Shown here in pieces: positions 20,267 through 28,853 of a DNA stretch of 36,623 bases (position 1 is its first letter; each line of letters starts with the position of its first letter). Under the pieces are notes generated by a model. It made no database searches and had not been told where the DNA came from. It saw nothing but the letters and a program-made list of their open reading frames with translations. The position numbers and the translations under genes are program-made. Origin of the DNA: an uncultured Pseudomonadota bacterium (GTDB taxonomy: Bacteria > Oederibacteriota > Muellerivitia > Muellerivitales > Muellerivitaceae); NCBI GenBank assembly GCA_963843375.1, contig CAWJKT010000028.1, positions 1 through 36,623 on the forward strand. Direction: 5' to 3'.

Positions 20267-21865
20267 TTACACTAGCGAAGCTTCAACATCCGGCAAAGCT
20301 TTTCTGTCGACTTTTCCATTTGGCGAAAGCGGAATTTGGTCAACTTTCACATAAAATGTTGGGACCATATATTCGGGCAACGACTTGCTTAAATGCTCGT
20401 TCAATTCTTCTTTATTTAAATTTCCTTCTTGGACAACATAAGCTACCAAATATTTACGACCAGTGTTGTCCGTGCGATCGGCGACGATTGAGTTTTTCAC
20501 GCCGTCCTTCTGGTTAAGGACATTCTCAATTTCACCGAGTTCTATCCGGTGTCCCCTGATTTTTACTTGACTGTCTTTTCGTCCAAGAAATTCAATATAC
20601 CCTTCGTTGTGCAAAACCCCGTAATCTCCCGTTCGATACAACCTGCCGTATTTCTCATGAATAATAAACGCATTCTTGGTCTTTTCTTCGGAATTGAGAT
20701 AACCTTCCGCGACTCCAACTCCTCCGATGTATAACTCCCCCATCTCACCAGAAGGACTTAGCTTCATTTGATCGTTAAGAATATAAAATTTCTGGTTCGC
20801 CAGTGGAATGCCATAGGGGACGCTTTTCCATTTTTTCTGGACTTCCTCGATCGGATAATAGATTGACCAGATAGATGCTTCTGTTGCACCCCCTAAACTG
20901 ATGACTTCCGCAATAGGAAACTCGGCTTTTACTTTATCCGGCAGGCTCAAGGGAATCCAGTCGCCGCTCATCATAACCACTCTCATCTTTTCATTCATTT
21001 TATATTTAATTACCCGGTTATTTTCGGGGGGCACTTCCCAATAATTGATGTCATTAGCCTTTTTCCCTTTTGTCTCAATCAACAACTCCATTATGGCCGG
21101 GACTGAGTTCCAAATCGTTATTTCTTCATCATCGACAACTTTTTGAAGGTGGTTGATATCAAGAAGGTTGGGTATTTGAACCAGGGTAGCGCCGCTTGCC
21201 AATGATCCAAAAATATCATAAACCGACAAATCGAAGCACATGGACGATAACCCAATAATCCTGTCTTTTTCCCCCACCTTATACTTTTGATTGATATCGA
21301 TGATCGTATTACTCGCCGCTTTATGCTTGATCACAACACCCTTTGGTTTTCCTGTGCTACCGGATGTATAAATTACATAGGCCACATCCTCAGGGTATTC
21401 GTTTTGGGCGATCTGGGAATCTTCATATTCTTTCAAATTCTTCGCGTCACAAATTTCCGTATCCAACAAACAATTACATCCGCTATTGGTCAAAATAAAT
21501 TCTCTTCGATCGATGGGATATTCGGGTTCTATTGGAACATAGGCGGCTCCCGCCTTTAATGTGCCCATGATGTTTACAATGGTTTCTATCCGCCTTTTCA
21601 CTAAAATACCTACATAATCATTTCTACCAATTTTACGATTCTTTAAATACCTCGCAACCTGGTTGGATTTCTTGTCCAATTCAAGGAATGTAATACTTTT
21701 CCCTTCGTTCATCACCGCGACTTTATCGGGATTCTTTTTGACTTGTCTAGAAAACATCCCATGTAATGTTTCCTGTGGAATATCCTCATCCGTCTTATTG
21801 TAGTTTTCCCAAAGCCGTCTATCTTTTTCAGTTATTTCCGTTTGATTTCCACTCTCATCGAACAT
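20267..21865 (-). CDS. Stand-alone NRPS adenylation domain, predicted Cys-activating
   Basis: A1-A10 motifs: LKAGAAYVPI, AYVIYTSGSTGKPKG, FDLSVYD, LGGATEAS, GELYIGG.GVA.GY, YRTGD, GRKDSQVKIRGHRIELGEIE, LPEYMVP, NGKVDR. Pocket residues read by eye: D-L-Y-N-M-S-L-I-W-K. Start placed at ATG 21865 after GGGGG. No PCP follows A10. Confidence 0.92.
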   Translation of the reverse strand: MFDESGNQTEITEKDRRLWENYNKTDEDIPQETLHGMFSRQVKKNPDKVAVMNEGKSITFLELDKKSNQVARYLKNRKIGRNDYVGILVKRRIETIVNIMGTLKAGAAYVPIEPEYPIDRREFILTNSGCNCLLDTEICDAKNLKEYEDSQIAQNEYPEDVAYVIYTSGSTGKPKGVVIKHKAASNTIIDINQKYKVGEKDRIIGLSSMCFDLSVYDIFGSLASGATLVQIPNLLDINHLQKVVDDEEITIWNSVPAIMELLIETKGKKANDINYWEVPPENNRVIKYKMNEKMRVVMMSGDWIPLSLPDKVKAEFPIAEVISLGGATEASIWSIYYPIEEVQKKWKSVPYGIPLANQKFYILNDQMKLSPSGEMGELYIGGVGVAEGYLNSEEKTKNAFIIHEKYGRLYRTGDYGVLHNEGYIEFLGRKDSQVKIRGHRIELGEIENVLNQKDGVKNSIVADRTDNTGRKYLVAYVVQEGNLNKEELNEHLSKSLPEYMVPTFYVKVDQIPLSPNGKVDRKALPDVEASLV

Positions 21866-22267
21866 GAACTGCCCCCGTAGTTTTAGTCCTGTAATAGTCA
21901 TAATACATAAATTTTTTTCGAACCCAACCACTGTATGGGGTTGGATTTATGCTCCCAGATCCAATCGTTCGCTGCCGGCTAAAACATGTCCAGGTTATCC
22001 CATCCGTTATGCGCTGTTTTGATCAAAACCCTATTGCCAATTACACCTTGGATAAGCGGATAACTCTTTAGTTTACATTTTTTACCAAAGTCATTATAAA
22101 TATCAAGGCTTGGCAATTCTTGGTTGGGGTTTTCCCCTTGGATGATCTTCCGTGATTGTCCGTTTATTTCAATTTTGGGATCGGCGCGATAAACAAGCCA
22201 GTACAGAATTGATATTTAAAACTTTGCCAAAGATTCCAAATTAAATAGCTCTTTTTGAGGAGAGGTA

Positions 22268-22513
22268 GTGGATACCGAACTTTTCATTAAAAACATCCTG
22301 GTTCAATTCGAGGGAGCCAACGCGAATAACATAACCATGCAATCAAGTTTTGAAGAAATCGGCAATTGGGATTCGCTTACAGCATTGTCTATTATCAACA
22401 TGGTTGATGCGGAGTATGGCGTCTCCATCGAAGGCGATGACATCGTGAAAAGCCCAACCATCGGGGATTTATACAACATCGTAAATTCTCGTTACTTTCG
22501 TGTTCTTCCCTGA
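22268..22513 (+). CDS. Acyl/aminoacyl carrier protein
   Basis: 81 aa, acidic, WDSL phosphopantetheine motif, ..EYGVSI..TIGDLYN; GAGGAGAGG RBS before GTG. Confidence 0.9.
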   Translation: MDTELFIKNILVQFEGANANNITMQSSFEEIGNWDSLTALSIINMVDAEYGVSIEGDDIVKSPTIGDLYNIVNSRYFRVLP

Positions 22514-22645
22514 ATCGAAAGCGCTCATCAATTTTCATACGCCTCAAAAAAACAAGACAAAATCTTCCCTAACTTAAAGTTTTTCTCAAACCAGTATTAA
22601 AACCGTCCCTCATTCATCCCAAAAACTCATGACCCACTTCTGGTA

Positions 22646-25264
22646 TCAACGCAGAATCAACATCTTCCCTACTCCCTGTCCCATTGAATCCTTTGCAACA
22701 AGATAATACAAACCATTGGCCAAATTTATCCCTCCACTATCGGTCAGGGGTAATGGCACTGTGAGGGTTCCCGGATTGACATTCCCAAGGTCAATCTCCT
22801 CCACCTTTCGAAAATTGACCGTATATACCTCTAGGCGGCCGAAATGAGCGCTGACTTTAAAATAAATTTGAGCTTGAGTAGTTTGGCCAACACCCGATAT
22901 TGGGTTTGGAAAAATGACAGGGATACCCACTGGATTCGTGGAAAAAAGAAAGGGATTGGGTGTCGGAGTGGAAGTATAACCATATAAATTTGTGGCCGTG
23001 GGGGTAGCGGTTGGGGTTTTCAGGGGGGTGAACGTGATCGTTGGAGTGGATGTAAAGGTACCAGTTGGTGTTGGAGTCGAGGTATAGCCAAACAAATTCG
23101 TGGGAGTCGGTGTCGCGGTGGGAGTGGGCGACCCGGCAGCCGGGGGCGGATATTCCCAGACACCAAAACAACTTCCCGTGGAGTAAAGATACCGGGTCAG
23201 CGGATTGACCCTTACGCATTCCGACTCCTGGCCTCCATCCAAACCCGTGTCGCCCGGCTGTTTGGTCAGGGTACCCCAGGTCTGTCCCGCGTTCAGCGAA
23301 TAACGGACCGCCTGGTTGGACATGTAGGTTCCGCCGTTATAACCCGCATAAACGATGTTGGGGTTCACCGGATCCACCGCCACCGAGACAACGCTCTGAT
23401 AGCCCTCGTTATCCACCGGCAACAGCCCGGAAATGTTCGTCGTGGTCGTCCCGTTGTAGACCAGCAGCGAATATCCCGATTCGGAAACGATGTAAAGCCG
23501 TTTGTTGATCCAATCGTAGGCCAAGTCCGCCACGTTTCCCGAAACCGTCACCACGTTGCTCCAGGTGGCCCCGTGGTTGGTGGAGCTTACCACCGTTGCG
23601 CCATTGGCCCCATACAACTCGTGGGCTCCAGTGGGGTTTGAATCATAGGTAAAAACACCCCCACAGTTGGTCATGGCCGCCCAGGTATTTCCCCCGTTGG
23701 TGGTGTAGTAATTATCCCAAAAAGCCACCGTCGCGCTGACCGGATCCCCGCAGGCGGTATTCGTTCCGTTGCCCACCAATCCCGTACTGGTGAAGCTGCT
23801 TCCCCCGTTGGTCGAAACCATGAGCGTGGCGGGCGCTCCCCAGGCGGCCGCGTTCCCCGCCACCATCACCGTGGAACTCAAAGCGTAACCTCCGTAAGTG
23901 AATCCTCCCCAGCTCTGGCCGGAGACGGGCAGGTATTCCCAGGACACCGCGCTGCTGGTGACCGCCGCCGTGAAAGCCGAGTTGTAATCCTGGCTGGTGA
24001 CCAAAAGAAGGTTGGGGTTCTGCGCGTTGAAATTGAAGATGCCCGTGCAGGTAAAATCGTTGTACCCGTTGTTGGACCATGAGAACGCCGCCCCGCCGTT
24101 GGTGCTTTGACTGATGAAGTCTCCTCCGCCGGTCCAGGCTTGGTTGGCGTTCACCGGACTCCAGACGAAAAGCCATTCCCGGTTGTTCAGGGGGATGAAG
24201 CTCTGCGTTGAGTTCAACGAACAGGCGGACCAACTGCTTCCCCCGTTGGAGGAATAGTAACCTTGGTTGCCGCTGGACCCCTTGTCGTTATCCACAAGCA
24301 TGTTGTTGGCATTGACGGGAGAAACTTTCAGGTTCCGCAATCCGGGGGCTCCCGACGTCTGGGCCGGCAGCCCGGAGTCGCCCATTTCCGTGAAACTCTG
24401 TCCCGAATTGGTGGAAACATATACCCCGCTGGTTTCGGTGATATAGACATTATTGGGCTGGGTAGCGATGACGTCCAATCCCAAAACCGAGCCGGTAACA
24501 ACTTGAGTGAAGCTGGAACCCCCGTTCGTGCTGACATAGAAACCGTTGGCCGTGGCCACGTACACCGCACCGCTGGAAGGATTGACCTTGACGATGCCGT
24601 CCGAATAGGCCGTGTTGACCTCGCTCCAACTGGTGCCCCCATTGGTGGATTTCCACAGTCCTCCACCTCCGCCCGAATAGTTCACCCAGTAAGCCACCGC
24701 ACTATAGGTCACACCTCCTGAAACCGTGACGCTGGAAGCGTCAAAAGCGACGCTGTCATGAAATGTTCCGGAACCCTGGAAGTCTTCCTCCTGAACGGGC
24801 GTCCAGGATGAGGCTTGATTGGTGGAAAGCCACAGACCACTCCAGGGTTCGGCGCTGCCGCCATCTCCCACTGCCAGCACCCGGTCAGAATTATTGGGGT
24901 CAATGGCAAAGGCGCACGCCCCGCGGGGGGTATAACCCGTATCCGCGGGCTGCCAACTGGTCCCGCCATTCGTGCTGATAAACACCCCCCCCACATCGGT
25001 TCCCATGATGAGGAATTGGCCAGTGGAATCGATGGCGAAATTCTGGATCTGCTGGCAACCTTCACCCCCGCTGTTGCCAGCGCTTAGACTGGTTTCGCTG
25101 ATCAAGGGCAAGGCTTGCCATAGGGAGGCGGCCGCAAGGGTATAATCGGGCAGCCCAAAAAGAATAACCGTAAAAAGAAGGTAAGCAAAAAAACACTTTG
25201 GGCCTGAAGAACGCAAAAGGAATTCAGATTTTGGTGAAAATCCAACATTTCCTAACATTTGCAT
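22646..25264 (-). CDS. Secreted BNR/Asp-box double beta-propeller (GH74/VPS10-like) with a Thr/Pro linker and T9SS type-A-like CTD
   Basis: Many S-T-N-G-G-x-(S/T)-(W/F) boxes; GTDVGG motif; TPT linker; C-terminal IFPNP..EVYTVNFRKV..LANGLYYL..KMLILR. Start at ATG 25264 after GGAGGG. Confidence 0.85.
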   Translation of the reverse strand: MQMLGNVGFSPKSEFLLRSSGPKCFFAYLLFTVILFGLPDYTLAAASLWQALPLISETSLSAGNSGGEGCQQIQNFAIDSTGQFLIMGTDVGGVFISTNGGTSWQPADTGYTPRGACAFAIDPNNSDRVLAVGDGGSAEPWSGLWLSTNQASSWTPVQEEDFQGSGTFHDSVAFDASSVTVSGGVTYSAVAYWVNYSGGGGGLWKSTNGGTSWSEVNTAYSDGIVKVNPSSGAVYVATANGFYVSTNGGSSFTQVVTGSVLGLDVIATQPNNVYITETSGVYVSTNSGQSFTEMGDSGLPAQTSGAPGLRNLKVSPVNANNMLVDNDKGSSGNQGYYSSNGGSSWSACSLNSTQSFIPLNNREWLFVWSPVNANQAWTGGGDFISQSTNGGAAFSWSNNGYNDFTCTGIFNFNAQNPNLLLVTSQDYNSAFTAAVTSSAVSWEYLPVSGQSWGGFTYGGYALSSTVMVAGNAAAWGAPATLMVSTNGGSSFTSTGLVGNGTNTACGDPVSATVAFWDNYYTTNGGNTWAAMTNCGGVFTYDSNPTGAHELYGANGATVVSSTNHGATWSNVVTVSGNVADLAYDWINKRLYIVSESGYSLLVYNGTTTTNISGLLPVDNEGYQSVVSVAVDPVNPNIVYAGYNGGTYMSNQAVRYSLNAGQTWGTLTKQPGDTGLDGGQESECVRVNPLTRYLYSTGSCFGVWEYPPPAAGSPTPTATPTPTNLFGYTSTPTPTGTFTSTPTITFTPLKTPTATPTATNLYGYTSTPTPNPFLFSTNPVGIPVIFPNPISGVGQTTQAQIYFKVSAHFGRLEVYTVNFRKVEEIDLGNVNPGTLTVPLPLTDSGGINLANGLYYLVAKDSMGQGVGKMLILR

Positions 25265-26130
25265 GGTTTTATACCCTCCAAATGAATTCGTGAATTTCCT
25301 CAAATCGTTTTTATTTGTGAACAAAAAAATTCCGTCCAGAACCTTCTCCACTTCATTGGATTGAAATGGAATGATTCGATTCCACCAGCCCCCTCATTTC
25401 GAACAAGGGCTTTAGTGAAAAAGAATGATAAGTTTGATTCAATCTTTGGGATGAATCCGACACAAACCATTACCAAATGTTTTGGCGAACCCAACGATTT
25501 CTAATGAATTAATTTTTGAATTTCAGAACCGCCCAAGGCAATGGACGGTCTTAAGTGGGAAAGAACTCAGGAAAAACTTCTGATAAACAAAAAACTACAA
25601 CCACTGCTTGATAAGCCCAATCACAAATAAATCATATCTTAAAATTATCGGCCAATGTTACGCACGCCTGGAATAATGCTTTCAATTTCCATTTTTCCCT
25701 CAATTTAAGGCGAGGTTAAAGGGAACAACCAGTTTTTTTTATCCGGTTTTTTTGAGAGCGTTTACCTAAAATTATTTTCAAAAGAACTGTTTTTGAAGAT
25801 TTAAATTCGAATTTAAAGATAGAGTCGGATTGGAAGCACTCTTTTCATTCTGAATTTCAAACAACTCAGAGGGCAAGTAATTTTGTATTCGATAACTTCT
25901 TCTAAATATCGAACGAAGATGGGATTGAAAAAATGCTCCAGGGAGATTCTTGGAAATCAGCCGTTCAATCAAAAGACATCAAACTTCCAATGCAAAGGAA
26001 TGGCGGGACCGAAATCGAGAAGAATTGAAAATGATTTATTCCCGCATTTCGGCAAAAGCACTTCCGCAACCGGAGATGTTCTTAAAAAAGATAACCGTAA
26101 AACAAGCCAAGATAACATCGTCAAAAGAAA

Positions 26131-26502
26131 TTAATCTTCCGGCGAAAGGTCCTTCAAATAAGCTTCCAACAACTGGACATCTTCTTCCTTCATGGCGACA
26201 AATCGCAGACCAGCCCCTGATTTGTCCGCCCAAACCACATCCGCTAAAACGATTAATGGATTTTCACTTTTTGGAAGGGATATTTTAAGACTTAAATGAT
26301 CTTTTGACTTCAAAGGTTCTTTTGAAATAATGTACATACCACCCAGGCTCGTGTCCCAACTTTCAGCATCTCTCTGAGGCTCCCCCATGCTATGGCGTGC
26401 TTTATCATTGAGCTTTTCATCAAGCACCTTAAAAGTAACTGGTAGTTTTACTAAGACCCTAGAGTGTGCTCGTTTATCCAAGAACACGTTACCTTCGGCC
26501 AT
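26131..26502 (-). CDS. Single-domain PilZ protein (c-di-GMP receptor)
   Basis: RAHSR (RxxxR) and DTSLGG (DxSxxG) motifs; ADVVW..GAGLRF. ATG 26502 follows GAGGA. Confidence 0.9.
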   Translation of the reverse strand: MAEGNVFLDKRAHSRVLVKLPVTFKVLDEKLNDKARHSMGEPQRDAESWDTSLGGMYIISKEPLKSKDHLSLKISLPKSENPLIVLADVVWADKSGAGLRFVAMKEEDVQLLEAYLKDLSPED

Positions 26503-26986
26503 TCCATTTTCCTCTTTCCGGCCTTCCCTCTTATCGGGGGAAAATATCTTCGGCCCGAGAACATCTTTTATTGTAGTTTCTCTTTCCATACTTTGGTAAG
26601 AATTAACATCTTTTTCGATCACATTTAATGCTTGGAGAAACTCAATATATATCAGATCGGAACGTTCAATTGGGGTTAAACCCAATTGGAGACTACTTGA
26701 TCGACATCCGGGGGGTACCAGGTTATGAACTATTTTTTGAAAAATCGCTAAAAAACAATATTAATAAGTTTAAGAAAATTTCCGAGCCAAAATCAAGACT
26801 CTAACTTTTCAAACGACGTGTTATTTATGATTTGAAGATTCTATGAGTTCTACCTTTCCTTGTCATTTTTGATCCTCTTCCGAATGGTTAGACGGATAAG
26901 TCCTTAATAATAATGAATCTTCCATTTTCCCTTGTCTCCGAAATTCAGGAGGTGGATTTCCGGCCCCGTTTTCGGGTGCCAGCGCA

Positions 26987-27002
26987 CGGGTGAACTCACC
27001 CG
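26987..27002. promoter_or_regulatory. Palindrome, candidate upstream activator site for a sigma54 enhancer-binding protein
   Basis: CGGGTGA-ac-TCACCCG, centred ~94 nt upstream of the predicted sigma54 start site. Confidence 0.45.
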
Positions 27003-27060
27003 AATTCCCCACTAACCAGTCCATCTTCCTTCAAAAATGCTTTTTTCCTTATAGGTTCAT

Positions 27061-27077
27061 TTGGCATCAAGGTTGCT
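27061..27077 (+). promoter_or_regulatory. Sigma54 (-24/-12) promoter
   Basis: TTGGCATCAAGGTTGCT matches YTGGCAC-N5-TTGCW with exact GG-N10-GC spacing and points toward the 27275 gene. Confidence 0.7.
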
Positions 27078-27087
27078 CAAGATAAGT

Positions 27088-27246
27088 GAGGGCCCTAAAA
27101 ACGTCCCACCTGGTTTTCATTTTTGGGAATGGCAAAAGGGTGCGTTTAGAGAGGATGTTTTTGGGGTCTTTGATTTCGTTCACGTAACCAGTTCTAAACT
27201 ATTCACCTCTCGCCCCTTCCGGCCCCCTGGCGCGCCAAGGGGCGAG
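27088..27246 (+). ncRNA. Candidate structured 5' leader RNA
   Basis: 27088-27106 pairs with 27153-27171 (19 bp including G-U pairs); nested hairpin at 27107-27142; second perfect 10-bp stem 27209-27218/27237-27246. Confidence 0.5.
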
Positions 27247-27274
27247 CTTGTCAAAATCAGAAAAGGAGAACGAC

Positions 27275-28588
27275 ATGAAAAGTAACTTCAAGGGTGTTCG
27301 TTGGAGCGCAGTCGCGGTAGCCCTATTATGGGTAGCAGGTTGCCAGCAGGCAAATAGCCCGGTAAGTGCCCCCCAGGCTTCGGCGCCCGCCCAAGTGGTG
27401 GTGTCCTCCCCGACGCCGGGGGTTAAAGCATCGTCGGTGTCGGGCGGTCCAACGTGTAGTTGTTCCCAAACTTGTTCCCCCTCTTCGGCCTCCACTGGAG
27501 CATCGGTCACCTATAGCATTGCTTTGGAAATCTCGGGCAGTTCCGCCACCGGGTGCCAAGTCGTGGATGTACTTCCCAGCGGATTGAGCTACGTCCAGGG
27601 AACCGCCTCCACCCTTTCAGGTGGGACCTTCACCTGCGTGGGTTCGACCTTGACCTGGGTTTATACCTCCGTTGGCCCCTGTACCTGCGTGATGAACTAT
27701 GTGGCTCAGGTAGGCAACACCGCCAGCCTAGTGGGGTCAACCCTGGAGAACACCGCTGTCATGACCTGCACCAACCTTTCCGCGGCAATATCCTCCACAG
27801 CGAACTTGTTGGTGACCACTGTGATTACTCCCACGCTGATCCCTACAATTGTCATACCGACACCGACCTTCACCTGCGTGCCACCAACGCCCACACCAAC
27901 CTTCACTTGTGTTCCGCCCACGCCAACCTTCACCTGCGTGCCCCCAACACCCACTTTCACTTTTACCTCAACGAACACCTTCACGTCGACCAATACCTTT
28001 ACGTCGACTAATACAAACACACCGGTACCTCCAACGCCTACCTTCACCTTCACTTCCACCAACACTTTCACGTCAACCCACACGTTCACAGTTACCTACA
28101 CGCCCACCAACACTTTCACTCCTACCAACACCTTTACGTCCACGAATACAGGGACGCCCACTAACACCTTCACGGTCACGAACACACCCACGCCAATCGT
28201 CAGTCTCACGCAGACTACATCGGGTTTGAGCGCGGCCTTGGGAGGAGCGGTGACCTATACCCTTAACTTGGCGGTATCGGGTTGCGCCGCCACCGGCGCC
28301 CAGATTCAAGACATCCTGCCTAGCGGTTTGAGCTATGTTCAGGGCACCGCCACAGCGGTCGGCGGAGGCGCCGTGAGCGTCAGCGGGTCGACCTTGACCT
28401 GGGTTTATAGCTCGGTGGGTCCCTGCAGTTGCACCATGAGCTACGTGGCCCAAGTGGAAAACCTAACAGGACTTGTGGGATCGACTCTGGAGAACAGTGC
28501 GGTCATGACTTGCCCCAGCAGCTTGTCGTCGGCCATCACCGCCACCGCCTCCCTGCAAGTGACGGGAATCTTGGGTCTGGGACTATAA
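27275..28588 (+). CDS. Cys-rich lipoprotein with two DUF11-like domains joined by a Thr/Pro stalk
   Basis: AAGGAG RBS; lipobox VAG-C; duplicated G..VTY...L..SG..ATG.Q..D.LPSGLSYVQGTA..GSTLTWVY.SVGPC.C.M.YVAQV..LVGSTLEN.AVMTC; linker contains PTFTCVPPT x3 and TNTF repeats. Confidence 0.9.
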   Translation: MKSNFKGVRWSAVAVALLWVAGCQQANSPVSAPQASAPAQVVVSSPTPGVKASSVSGGPTCSCSQTCSPSSASTGASVTYSIALEISGSSATGCQVVDVLPSGLSYVQGTASTLSGGTFTCVGSTLTWVYTSVGPCTCVMNYVAQVGNTASLVGSTLENTAVMTCTNLSAAISSTANLLVTTVITPTLIPTIVIPTPTFTCVPPTPTPTFTCVPPTPTFTCVPPTPTFTFTSTNTFTSTNTFTSTNTNTPVPPTPTFTFTSTNTFTSTHTFTVTYTPTNTFTPTNTFTSTNTGTPTNTFTVTNTPTPIVSLTQTTSGLSAALGGAVTYTLNLAVSGCAATGAQIQDILPSGLSYVQGTATAVGGGAVSVSGSTLTWVYSSVGPCSCTMSYVAQVENLTGLVGSTLENSAVMTCPSSLSSAITATASLQVTGILGLGL

Positions 28589-28619
28589 CCGGCATTTCAA
28601 GAACTAGAATCTGGCGATT

Positions 28620-28653
28620 AAAGCCGGACCCCTTTTGGGGCCCGGCTTTTTTT
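28620..28653 (+). terminator. Intrinsic terminator
   Basis: AAGCCGGACCCC-TTTT-GGGGCCCGGCTT stem-loop (one mismatch) followed by a T-run, ~30 nt after the stop. Confidence 0.85.
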
Positions 28654-28853
28654 GAAAAGATTTTGAAACCCGGATTTTATAGAAGTCTTAGAAAACCTGG
28701 ATAAGCTGGTAGACGGGAAGCTTGTGTAAAAGCTTCGCGAAATCGTCGAAATAAGGCCTGTCCCTGAGTCAACAGCTACAGAAATTTCTCACGTTTCATA
28801 AACTGGTTTCTTCGGAGCAGTCTTCCTTGTTTCCGGGTGAAATCCGAATTTTT

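Noticed and set aside
25265..26130. Short ORFs or a c-di-GMP riboswitch in the long AT-rich spacer
   Set aside because: No convincing RBS or protein-like sequence, and no GEMM consensus found by eye.
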